Shown: piece by piece, positions 1-10,156 of the stretch
How positions within the stretch are numbered: position 1 is the first letter of the stretch
Layout: every line of letters starts with the position of its first letter
Translations under genes and position numbers: made by a program
The notes under the pieces: generated by a model
The model's database searches: none
What the model was told of the DNA's origin: nothing
Seen by the model: only the letters and a program-made list of their open reading frames with translations
NCBI GenBank assembly: GCA_001724265.1
Contig: MEDY01000085.1
Location: forward strand, 1-64,000
Origin: Rhizaria sp. SCN 62-66
Lineage: Eukaryota
Direction of reading: 5' to 3'
DNA length: 64,000 nucleotides

Positions 1-193
1 GAAGCAGGCTGCTGTCCTCGCCGTCACCGACGTCGCTCAGGAGGACTCCACCAAGCTCCAGGCCCTCCAGGACATTGCCAAGCTCAACTACGCCACTGCT
101 GAGCGCAAGGTTGGCGGCGGCAAGCTCTCCAAGAAGTCCGTTGCTAAGATCATCAAGAAGAAGCGCGCTGCTATCAACGCCATCAAGGCGTAA
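1..193 (+). CDS. RPL7A: 60S ribosomal protein L7a/eL8, 3' end (partial at window edge)
   Basis: Frame from base 2 reads KQAAVLAVTDVAQEDSTKLQALQDIAKLNYATAERKVGGGKLSKKSVAKIIKKKRAAINAIKA, then TAA at 191-193. This resembles the eL8 C-terminus, with strong C/G-ending codon bias and an AT-rich 3' UTR. Confidence 0.75.
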   Translation, partial: KQAAVLAVTDVAQEDSTKLQALQDIAKLNYATAERKVGGGKLSKKSVAKIIKKKRAAINAIKA

Positions 194-469
194 GCAACTC
201 GTGTTTTAGTCTCTGATACACTTCACTTTTATATAGCTCTTTTTTCCTCAAATACATTTCAATCCGATTCAATAACTTTCTCTACTAGTTTCATTTGGTG
301 CTTTAATTGCTATATCACGTTGTATTGACAATGTAATCTGCCTGCAGAAACTTGTGCTATGTGTGGAGTGACTGTGGGCAATCGCCCGATCGATCGACCG
401 ATCTCGTCACATCGTGACTGAGGATTTGTTTGTTTGTTCTGAGGGTTGACCTTTTGATATTTCCACACA

Positions 470-1647
470 ATGCTGAGTACCAAGACTTTCTCGCGTGTTT
501 TCAACACTGCTGCCGTTCGCCGTTGCATGAGTACGTTTTCTACCCTTTGTAATCCTTCTTTTAAAGTGGCCGACTCGGAGCTTCGCACCCTGACCGTGTT
601 CAACGTTGCTTACCAGCCTTACCAGGCATGACCCGCTATGATTTATGACTGCTGACACCTTGGACCTATTGTTTACGTTTTAATCTATGCTTTTCAGGCA
701 CGCTTGTCGTCGCTGACCACAACGGCAAGGCTGCCAGCGAGTCTGTGAAGCAGCTCCTGACGGCCGCGAAGGCCATCGGCCAGCCCGTCAGCGTCCTCGT
801 CGCGGGCCAGGGCGTTTCCGCCGTCGCCGAGCAGGTCGCCGCGCTCTCGGGCGTCTCCAAGGTGATCGTTGCCGACAACGCCGCTTACGCTAACCAGCTG
901 TCGGAGAACGTCGCCGCGCTCGTGTCCGAGCTCCAGACCGCGAACAAGTTCACCCACGTCCTCGCCTCGACTTCGTCCTCAGCCAAGAACTGGCTCCCGC
1001 GCTTCGCCGTTGCGCAGGACGTGCAGCCCATCGCCGACGTCATTGCCGTCAAGGACGCCGACACCTTTGTGCGCCCCATGTACGCCGGCAACGCCGTCGC
1101 GACAGTCAAGTCTGGCGACAAGCTCAAGGCCATGACTATCCGTCCCACTGCTTTCGGCAAGGATGTCCCCGCCGCCGCCGCGCCTGCGCCCATCGAGGCC
1201 GCTGCCTCGTGCCCTGCGCCCGCCCTGTCGACCTTTATTTCCGCCGACGTCGCTGTTTCTGAGCGCCCCGAGCTCGGCGCCGCGCGCGTTGTCGTCTCCG
1301 GCGGCCGCGGCATGAAGTCTGGTGAGAACTTCGCCATGCTCAACGAGCTCGCGGACCTCGTGGGTGGCGCCGTCGGTGCCTCGCGCGCCGCCGTCGACGC
1401 CGGGTTTGTCCCCAACGACCTCCAGGTCGGCCAGACGGGCAAGGTCGTCGCGCCCGAGCTCTACATCGCCGTCGGCATCTCCGGCGCGATTCAGCACGTG
1501 GCGGGCATGAAGGACTCTAAGACGATCGTCGCGATCAACAAGGACGCCGAGGCGCCCATCTTTCAGATCGCCGACTACGGTCTCGTGGCCGACCTTTTCA
1601 CCGCTGTGCCCGAGTTCACCGCCAAGGTCAAGGCCGCCAAGGCGTAA
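470..1647 (+). CDS. ETFA: Electron transfer flavoprotein alpha subunit, mitochondrial (2 exons, ~336 aa)
   Basis: Exons 470-530 and 698-1647. Exon 1 gives a presequence-like [20 protein letters not shown] that joins STLVVADH. ETF-alpha motifs [43 protein letters not shown] and AINKD. Ends in TAA. Confidence 0.95.
531..697 (+). other. Spliceosomal intron in ETFA (167 nt)
   Basis: GTACGT...TTTTCAG. Phase 1 splicing restores an AGC codon and the frame. Confidence 0.85.
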
Positions 1648-1982
1648 ATGCCCCTTAGTATGTATGAGCGCATTCGACTGCATGTGATACTTACTAATGC
1701 GCAGTGGTTTGGCAGGCAGGAGAGTTAGTAATGTGAGGCAGGGTATTTTATAAGAGATAAAGGACGTTTGACATTCTGTCATTTGTCGCAAAATATTAAT
1801 AACAATAAAAGTAAACAATCTCCTTAATCAAACCAAGCCAGTGATAGTCGCTCTGCTTTGAGTGTTTCGCTGTATTGTTTAGCCGAATTGATGTCGGCGT
1901 TTTGATCACGTTTGTAAATAACAGCCACATAAAATATCCTTCTTAAAGACGTTCCAAATCATATGTTTTCATTTTGTTTTCT

Positions 1983-3200
1983 TTACATGCGGGCGCGCTT
2001 GCTAGTGTGCTCCACATTAGCTTCATCCCCACTCCCTTCATTGCTATCGCCAACCCTCTTGGCCTCCGCCTAGTCGCTGCCCTTGTGCTCCGTCGCCGCC
2101 GTCTCCTCATCGACCAGCAGCGCCGCGTCGCGCGCGGCCGCGATCCCCCGCATTCCGTCCCGCGCGATCTCGCCCGCCGAGGAGAGCTTGCGGCGCGACG
2201 GCAGTGCGGACGACGCCTGCTCGGCGGTCTCGTCCGCGGCGGCCGGCTGCGTCCAGTGGCGATAGTACCACTGAGGGAAGTGGCAGTACACGTGGGTGTC
2301 AAGCCACGCAAGCGCCTCTGCGGGAACCGACACGGCGGGCGCGTCAAGGGCGGCCATCGCGCTGCCGCCGTTGCGGCGGGCGCGCTTGGCCTTCTTCGTC
2401 TCAGCAGCACCGCCGTCAGCAGCCGCATTGTCTACAGATACAGCGGTAGCAGAAGAGGACGCAGCAGTTGCAGCGACAACGGTGTCGGCGTTTGTGCTGC
2501 ATTGCTCGCCGCCCTCACCCAACGTAGCAACACTGTTGTTGCTGTCGCTGCTGCTGCTATTGCTGTTGTTGATTTTAGGCTCGAGCTCGCGCCTGACCTC
2601 GTCGCTCTCCAGCGCCAGCATCGAGGGCGTGACCGCGAAGCCGTGTTCAAATGCGTAGCGCGCGAGCGAAAAAGCGGCCGGGTCGGCCTGGCGGGCGTGC
2701 CACAGGGCGAGCTGGTCAAAGCGCAGGCGGCGCGTCACCACACCGAGCTGTGAAAAGGCAGACAAAACGCAAAATGGGAAAAATCAAACCAGAAAACAAA
2801 CAGAAATGACTCAGTGAGATCATGATCGTTATGCTAAAACAATAAGACTTCATCAACAATGCAGTTATGCAATCACAAAACAAGTCATTGATAGTTATTG
2901 GTTGCTGGCGAGTGTGAGTCTGTCCTGAGCGTACCTCGTCGAAGTTGGCGGGCATGCCGAGCGCAGTGCGCAGCTGTGTGTGGAACGCCAGCTCACGGAA
3001 CAGGATCTTGAACATATGGGGCTTGACCGAGTGCTTGAGCTCTGGCCCGTGGGCGTCGAACGCGGCGACGAGCTCGTCGCACAGGGCGGCGTTGTTGGGC
3101 ATGATGACGCCGTCGGCAGCGAGCACGTCGCCGTCCTGGCTGTGACCACTCGCAGTCTGAGTCGCAGTCTCTGTCGCAGTCGCAGCGCTTTCAGTGTTCT

Positions 3201-3298
<98 letters not shown>

Positions 3299-4270
3299 GT
3301 TGTTGTTGTTGTTGTTGTGACTGGCGCAGGCGACAGCAGTGCGGCCCATCATCGCGGGCCACGCCAACAGAGCCTCCGAGACCAGCACGCAGTCCGCGCC
3401 CGTGGCCGCGAGACATGCGTCCGCGTCCGCCTTTGTCGCCACCGAGCCGTTCGCGAAGACCGGGATGCGCAGCGCGGCCTTAACGCGGCGGATGATCTCC
3501 CAGTCCGCGAGCGACACGCGTTCCTTGTTCATCTCGCGCGTGCGCCCGTGCAGCGTCAGGATTGAGCACCCCGCAGCCTGGAGCGCATGCGCGAACGCTA
3601 GGGTCTTGGCGCCGGATGGGTCGTCGAGCCGGATCCGGATCTTGCAGGTCACGGGTACCGGCAACGCGTCACGAAGCGCGCGCACGAGCGAGATAACCAG
3701 CGCCGAGTCCTCGAGCAGGTAGGAGCCATAGTTGCCCTTGCGCGCGATGCCCTGCGGGCAGCCGAGGTTGATGTCGACCGCGTGCACCGTCCCCATCGCG
3801 ATGACGCGCCGCGCGGCCTTGATGAGCGTGTCAGCGTCGTCACCCGCAAGTTGCGCGATGATGCCCGTCGCGTCGGATGCGTCGGTCGAGTAGTGGCGCA
3901 GCGGGCAGACGGCGCGGAGGAACGCGCCGGCGTTGATCATCGGCGAGTAGCACAGCGGCACATTATACCGGCGCACTAGGGCGCGGAAAGGGAGCTCCGA
4001 CTGGTGAACCATCGGCGCGCAGGCGTAGCGCGGGGAGCGCAAAATGTCCGTGTAGAGCGCCCAGGCCGCCGCGACGTGCGCGTCGAGCTCGGCTTCCGTT
4101 AGAAAGTGCTCGTTGGTAATTCTACTATTAGCAGAGGGGAGGATGCCGATGGAGGTCGCAGTACGCTGCAGGGAAGCTGGGAGGCACACGCGCGGGCTAC
4201 TGCTATTGCTGCTGCTGCCGATCGCGGTAACAGCGGCGGTGGAGGGCTCAGTGGCGGCGGCGGTGGACAT
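1983..4270 (-). CDS. tRNA-dihydrouridine synthase, DUS1-like (~699 aa after correcting a 1-nt indel, removing one intron and reading one TAG as sense)
   Basis: Motifs APMVHQSELPFR, YSPMI, AQLAGDD, VDINLGCPQGIARKGNYGSYL, PVTCKIR, LTLHGRTRE and ANGSV. Exons 4270-2935 (extra base at ~3297 inside an (AAC)n tract) and 2747-1983. In-frame TAG at 2070-2072, after which the frame continues AEAKRVG...TSKRARM to TAA at 1983-1985. Confidence 0.85.
2748..2934 (-). other. Spliceosomal intron in the DUS1-like gene (187 nt)
   Basis: Minus strand GTACGC...CTTTTCACAG, AT-rich, phase 0, joining NFDE to LGVVTRR. Confidence 0.8.
3203..3318. repeat. (AAC/GTT)n microsatellite, about 38 units, inside the DUS1-like CDS
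   Basis: Run of ttg/gtt on the + strand with a single 'tttg' interruption near 3296-3298. Confidence 0.95.
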
Positions 4271-5131
4271 GGTGGCGGGCAGAGGGCGAACGGCCAGGGA
4301 GAAAGGGCGCAGCGACAAAGGAGCTTGGGGGAAACGAGAGCGAGAGGTTGAGGCAGCTGCTGTCAACACGCGGGAAGGCAAAGGCAGCGATGTTTTGTAA
4401 AGCGGCGCTGTCGGAGTGGAGAGCGTGAGCTGCTGGAGCTGAAGCTGGAGCCGACAGCGAAGCGGTTTTGTTCCAGAGAGCTGCTGCTGCGAGTGCTATG
4501 GGCGCGGTTGCAAGACGCGGGGGACGGCGAGGGGGCGCTGAACAAGCTGTCGTGGGAGACAGGCAAGGCGCGCAAACGACAAACGAATAGTTTTTGCGGT
4601 GGGAGAACTCAGTTGTAGGCACTACACTGAGTTCGTGTGTGGGTTTATTAGGGAAGGCGAGACGCTGGAGAGAGGGGAGAAGTGGAGTGCAAGGTGAGTG
4701 TTCGCACTTGAGCGATAGAGATGGACAAAAACCTTGAAAGATAAAAATGAAAAACAAATGTTGTGTAGAGCACATGTTTATATTTGGTACTGCGTTTAAA
4801 AATCTATTGACGTTCGTTCGCCGCGGATCCGAGCTCTTCCGCATCACCCCTTTCGAAGCGACAGCTGTGTTCGTCAGACAGTCGCTTCACAAGAAATATG
4901 ACAAAACCAACATCAATTCAGTCCTATCATTATCCCATACGTGTGTTTCTCACATATGTTCATCGAACGTCCATAAAATATGCCATGTCCAACCTACACC
5001 CGCTTTCGGATTGATCTTAACATGTATTTCTAAAATATAAAATAATCAAGCAGGCCCCCAACAAGCAGCCAACACATAAAGTCTGAACCAGTATTAATAA
5101 CACGTCGGCATATCACCCCATGCATCTCAGC

Positions 5132-8100
5132 TCAGATGACCCACGACTCGATCTCCTCCGCCTCCCTCGCGGCGTCCACCAGCGGCTCCACTACCGACTG
5201 CATCGTCACGTCCCCGCACAGCACACACTGCGCACGCGTGCACTCGTCCACCAGCACCGCCTCCTGCTCCGCGGTGGGCGCGCCCATCGAGTTGGCCAGC
5301 AGCGCCTTAAGCCCCACCAGCGCCGAGTCCTCGCCGACGTCCTCCAGCAGCGCCGCAAACGCCGCGGCCTTGCGGCCGGACCCCAGCGCCGCCAGCCCAG
5401 GCAGGGCACTGAGCGCCGCCGCCGCGGAGGCCGCCGCGGAGGGCGCCTGCGACTGACCGTGGGTCGCGGCGCCCCCGGCCAGCGCGGCGGCCGAGGTCGA
5501 GTTGAGGTGCGCGACGACGGCGGCGCGCGCGCACTCCTCGTGGAACGCGTGGGTGCACGGGTACAGCAAGAACGCCCGCAGCGCGACGGGCTGCGTGCAC
5601 AAATCGCACCGCTGGCGGGCCGACACGGCGCCGGCGCGGTGATGCAGCTGGTGCAGGTCGTGCCGGATCTGGCTCGCGGCCGCAGTCAGCGTGTCCATCT
5701 CCTGCTTCAGACCGGCGATCTGGTCCGTGTACTCGCCCAGAGCGGAGAGGATGTCCGCCTTGAACTCGCCCAGAGTCGCGAAGTCGGGGAACAACGGCAG
5801 CACGTCCTCCAGGAACAGACCGCTCTCGACCGAGCGCAGCTCCGCCAGCACAGCCCCCGCGCCCGCGCCCGCGCCCGCGGAACCCGTGGAACCCATGCCA
5901 GAACTCGTCAGTGCGGTGGTGCGCGAGGCGGCCTTGCGGATGAGCGATTGCGCGAACGCCAGCCAGAGCTGCTTGAGCAGTTCCGGCTGGCCCGCGAGCT
6001 GAGCGCGCGCGGCCTGGATCGTCTCCTTGGCGAACCCGACGCCAACGTCGAGCGCGAGCGCCACGGCGTCGCGGTAGAGCCGCATGTGGCACAGCAACGC
6101 GACGCACGTGCGCGGCTTGCGGGCGCCGACGGGGGCGGAGCGCGCCGTGCGGAGAGCGAAGTTGAGGTCGAAGCGGGGCGCCGAGCCGCACGTCGTGGTC
6201 AACACCGCGGTGTTGGCCAGAGCACTGCCGTCAGCGATAATGCTGCTCGAAGCGGCGGCGGCGGCGGCGGAGGTTTCGAGCGCGGAGGAGACGAAGTCCA
6301 GAAGAGGGGTCTCTGACCGCAGCCGCGACAACAGGATGAGGTAGAGGTGGTTCAGCACGAGCGTATTGGCGCCCGCGGCCGTGGCCGAAATGACGTGGCG
6401 GAGGTACCGGCACACCTGCTGCGAGTGCAGCGTCGGCTCATCGTCGTCCTCGTCGTCGTTGCCATCCTCGTCGTTGTAGTCGTCGTCGTCGCTGTGGCGC
6501 CCGCCGCGGTGGCCGGCGACGCGGTGACGCGTGTTGGCGCCGCGGTGGCCGGCGACGAGCGCGGTCGCGGCGTTGGCCGCGGACGCAGAGGCGGAGGCGG
6601 CGGAGGCGCGCAGTTTGGCGGCGGCGACGGCAGAGGAGCCCGCGGAGACGATGGCCGACGCGCCAAGCTTCGCGAGCTTGGCCTCGGTCGCGCGCGCGAG
6701 CGCACTGCTCGCGACACCGCCCGCGCCCGCACCAGCCGCGCCGCCCGCGCCAGGGCCGCGCTTCGAGGCCGCCAGGGCGTGGGAGACGTTGGCGATGGCG
6801 TTGGCGGCGTTGGCGGCAGCGGGCGCGCCCCCGTTGAGCGCGGTCGCGACGGCCGAGTAGTCGGCGGTGGCCGTGCCACGGGGCAGCAGCGCCGAGCCGG
6901 GGGCCAGCGCCACCGCGCCGTCGGGGTAGACCTGGAGCCCGCAGCGGAGTAGCGCGGGGATCAGTTGCACCGGGTCGAGCGCGGGCGTGCGGACCAGCAA
7001 GTCGACCGTCTCCTCGGGACGCGGCACGATGAGTTGCGGGATAAAGCGGTAAAAGAGCTCCGCCGTCTCCGGCCGCGCCGCGCCCGCAGAGTGCTGCGCA
7101 AGCAGCGCCAGCGCGGCGTCGTGGCGTCCGTGCGACGCGTTGTGATCCAGCACGAACGCGGCGTCGTGCACGGCCGTGGCGAAGTAGAGCATCTCGGCCA
7201 CCAGTCCGTGGGAGCCGATGAGGTCGAGCGTGGTGTCGCGCGGCAGGCAGTCGTGGTACTCATCGACGAACTCGCGGAACTCGTCCACGGCGCGGGCGTG
7301 CGCCTCGGCGCGCGCCGCCGCCGCCGCCGCAGCGCGCTCGCCCGCAGCAGAGGACGACGCAGCAACAGCGGCGGCGGCACTGCCACTCGCAGCGGCCGCA
7401 GCAGCATTGCCAGTGCCAGTGCCGGGGGCGGCGTGCAGCGGCAACGCCAGGGCAGAGCCGCCGGCCGCTGCGGCCGCCGTCGCAGAGGCGGAGGTCGTCG
7501 TCGTCTTCTCGGCGAATGAGTTGATTGTGTCGAGGTAGATCTCCAGCAGCCACACACACACCATCGTCAGCTGCGTCAAATCCGCGTTGTCGATAGTCCG
7601 CAGCTTGGCGCGCAGATACGCCTTAAGCGCGTCGCGCGCCGCGGCCGGGGTCGCGAGCGGGGAGGCGGCGAACGGCAGCGGCACGAGTGGGCCTCCGCTC
7701 GCGGCAGCAGCAGCAGAAGCGGCGTTGCTACCAGCGGAGGTGTCGCCCGAGCCAGCGGAGGCGGCGGCGCCCGCGGCGGCTGATGCGGCCGCGGCGGCTG
7801 CGGCGGCGGCGGTCGTCGTGGGGGTGTGGAACATCGCCTGCGCGCGCGACCCGACGAACTTGAGCGTGACTTCCTCGAACGACCGCGACGAGCCCGCGTA
7901 CACGACGGCGGCCTCAGAGTAGCGTCCGGCGCGGAATAGCGCGTCAGCGTGCGCCGTGAGCACCTGGTCGCGCTGCGCGGGGGTGCGTGCGGCGCGCGCG
8001 GCGAGCGCGTAGTCGCCCTGCGCGAGGTGAATGGCCCAGACGTCGCGCGCCTCGTCCGCGATCTCAACCTCGAAGACGTGGCGGTCCGTGCAGAGCCAGA

Positions 8101-9487
8101 CCGTGTCGTGGCGCGGGTCGTAAGCGAGGCGCCGCGGGACGCCCATCTCGCGGCGCGGCAGCACGCAGTCGAAGACGATCTCCTTTGAGAGCTGGTTGAT
8201 GGCGATGAGCCTGTTCTTGAACAGCAACAGGTAGTGCACAGCCGTCAGCACCATCGACAGCGGTGCGAGGCGCGGCGCGTCGGCCGCGACGCCCACGCCG
8301 ACGCCCTGCGCCTCGAGCTGCTGCAGCAGCTCCGTGTCGGGGTACAGAGGGTACTCGACGAGGCTGCCGTCGCAGACGACCCGGTCACCCGCCGCGGCCT
8401 GCGTCCCGAAGCGGAGCTTGCCCTGGAACAGGCCCGCGGCAGTCAGCCACGCAAAGGACGACGACGTTGATGATGTCTGTGCAGTGGCGCCGTGGGCATT
8501 TGCACTGCTGCTGCCGCCAAAGGAGTCGGCGTCACCACCGCTGCCGCCAGAACCGGAGCCAGAGCTGGCTGTGACGCTTGAGGTGCGGAAGCGGAGCTCC
8601 GAGTAGCCGAGCGAGCCAGGAAGCTCGACGAACGCGAGGTTGGGGCCCTGCTTGGCGAACACGGCCTCCAGCGTGGGGCCGCCGACGAACTCGTAGTAGC
8701 GGGTCGGGGTGGCCACCATAGCGAAGAGGCGGGGGAATGGGGTCGACGCCGCGGCGCCGGGCGCGATGGGAGCCGATGCCGGGAAGGCTTCGACGTGGCA
8801 GGCGCTGATGATGCTGGACGCAGAGGCGTCGACGCCCGACTCGACGAGATCGAAGAGCCGCTTGCACGACTTCTCCTTGCCGTCTTCAAGCACGAGCTCG
8901 TGTAAAACGCCGCGGGAAGTGCCGAGCATGGCGCGCTGCACAGAGCGCGGGTCGTTAGGGAGCGCAAACCAGCCGACAGACTCGACGAGCGCACCCTTAA
9001 GCTTGGCCAACAGCACGGGCTTGTCACGGCGCGCGGGCAGGTAGTACGTCACGCCGTTGCCCATCGCGATCAGTGCGTGCGCGCCCGCGGCGTCGATGAA
9101 AACCTTGTGGATGCGCTCGTCCTTCTTGGTCGTGAGCAGGATCTCGTCCAGGCTGTCCGAGTCGACGTTCCAACGCACCACGAAGTTGTTAGCGGTGCCG
9201 ATGAGGAGGACGTTGTTTCCAACGTCCATCGAGACGACGGGGCCCTGCTCGGCCGTGGGCCACCACTCGAGCTTCTCGATGTTGAACATCGGACGCGCGG
9301 ACTCGGGCGCAGCGCCAGAGACCGCGCTGCCGCCGCGGCCGCCGCTGACGACGCCGCCTGCGCTTGAAGAGGAGGACGTTGTGGCGTCGTCAAAGTTGCT
9401 GTCGAACGGGTTCGTGCTGCTGCCGCCGGCGTTGCCGCCAGAAGCGCTGCCGTACTCGTCCTCGTACCGGTTCCACTCGTCCAACAT
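5132..9487 (-). CDS. VPS18: Vacuolar protein sorting 18 (Pep3), HOPS/CORVET subunit, 1451 aa
   Basis: N-terminal beta-propeller region (HKVFID, LAKLKG, ESVGW), DEARDVWAIHL, SFEEVTLKF, LEDVLPLFPDF, and a C-terminal RING (CDLC...YPCTHAFHEEC...CVLCGD). Contains many Ala-rich insertions. Ends in TGA. Confidence 0.92.
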   Translation of the reverse strand: MLDEWNRYEDEYGSASGGNAGGSSTNPFDSNFDDATTSSSSSAGGVVSGGRGGSAVSGAAPESARPMFNIEKLEWWPTAEQGPVVSMDVGNNVLLIGTANNFVVRWNVDSDSLDEILLTTKKDERIHKVFIDAAGAHALIAMGNGVTYYLPARRDKPVLLAKLKGALVESVGWFALPNDPRSVQRAMLGTSRGVLHELVLEDGKEKSCKRLFDLVESGVDASASSIISACHVEAFPASAPIAPGAAASTPFPRLFAMVATPTRYYEFVGGPTLEAVFAKQGPNLAFVELPGSLGYSELRFRTSSVTASSGSGSGGSGGDADSFGGSSSANAHGATAQTSSTSSSFAWLTAAGLFQGKLRFGTQAAAGDRVVCDGSLVEYPLYPDTELLQQLEAQGVGVGVAADAPRLAPLSMVLTAVHYLLLFKNRLIAINQLSKEIVFDCVLPRREMGVPRRLAYDPRHDTVWLCTDRHVFEVEIADEARDVWAIHLAQGDYALAARAARTPAQRDQVLTAHADALFRAGRYSEAAVVYAGSSRSFEEVTLKFVGSRAQAMFHTPTTTAAAAAAAAASAAAGAAASAGSGDTSAGSNAASAAAAASGGPLVPLPFAASPLATPAAARDALKAYLRAKLRTIDNADLTQLTMVCVWLLEIYLDTINSFAEKTTTTSASATAAAAAGGSALALPLHAAPGTGTGNAAAAAASGSAAAAVAASSSAAGERAAAAAAARAEAHARAVDEFREFVDEYHDCLPRDTTLDLIGSHGLVAEMLYFATAVHDAAFVLDHNASHGRHDAALALLAQHSAGAARPETAELFYRFIPQLIVPRPEETVDLLVRTPALDPVQLIPALLRCGLQVYPDGAVALAPGSALLPRGTATADYSAVATALNGGAPAAANAANAIANVSHALAASKRGPGAGGAAGAGAGGVASSALARATEAKLAKLGASAIVSAGSSAVAAAKLRASAASASASAANAATALVAGHRGANTRHRVAGHRGGRHSDDDDYNDEDGNDDEDDDEPTLHSQQVCRYLRHVISATAAGANTLVLNHLYLILLSRLRSETPLLDFVSSALETSAAAAAASSSIIADGSALANTAVLTTTCGSAPRFDLNFALRTARSAPVGARKPRTCVALLCHMRLYRDAVALALDVGVGFAKETIQAARAQLAGQPELLKQLWLAFAQSLIRKAASRTTALTSSGMGSTGSAGAGAGAGAVLAELRSVESGLFLEDVLPLFPDFATLGEFKADILSALGEYTDQIAGLKQEMDTLTAAASQIRHDLHQLHHRAGAVSARQRCDLCTQPVALRAFLLYPCTHAFHEECARAAVVAHLNSTSAAALAGGAATHGQSQAPSAAASAAAALSALPGLAALGSGRKAAAFAALLEDVGEDSALVGLKALLANSMGAPTAEQEAVLVDECTRAQCVLCGDVTMQSVVEPLVDAAREAEEIESWVI

Positions 9488-10156
9488 TGGGCACGGGGCA
9501 AGGTACGGACAAAGCGTGAAGTGGGGCTGAGCTGCTGTGAGCGGCGCGCGAGCAAGAAGTGGCTGAGTGTGTGCCTGAGGGTCGTCAGAACGGCAGGATA
9601 GGAAGGGGAGTGTCTGCGAGTGAAGACAAATAAAATAGAAATTTTGTTAGCACATCACTAAAATTACCTGTCAACTCAAAGGCAGTGCAAATAACGGATG
9701 CTGATATATCCCCAGGCTTCGAGATCGATGCCGTCGACGAGGATCTCTCTGCTCGAGTCCCTCGTTTGCACCACCAAGCTCGACACAGTCAGATCGCTCT
9801 GCGCTCACGGTCACTTCTCGCCGGCTGTCCACAAGTAGTCGTTCGCTTTGCCGCGTTTTTCTCGGATCAAAACCGCGTTGCAGACTGCGCTCGGACTCGT
9901 CTAGATTCGCACACGAGAACGACGCGTATCTGATTTACATTATATTGCAATTTCAACCGCTGTCTAGACGATCAGAGTGTATATAGCGGGCCAGAAGTTT
10001 TCTCGCATTTTTTTCGGCGAGACACATGCTTGGGCCACTCTGTATGCCTCCTGCCTGACTCACCACGTCCTGTATTTCCACTCACTCACATCTCACACGA
10101 TACCTCTCGTCTCTTTCTTCCACTGCGCCCACTCCAGGTTGTTAAACTCGCCTACA

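Noticed and set aside
620-660. Possible C/D box snoRNA in the ETFA intron (ATGA...CTGA)
   Set aside because: No canonical RTGATGA box C, and the spacing is too short.
3200-3296. C-terminal polyglutamine tail on the DUS ORF
   Set aside because: Probably produced by the 1-nt indel. The poly-Asn frame connects to downstream DUS-like sequence.
4855-4888. Inverted repeat GAAGCGAC...GTCGCTTC between VPS18 and the DUS1-like gene
   Set aside because: Only an 8-bp stem, with no family resemblance and plausible by chance.
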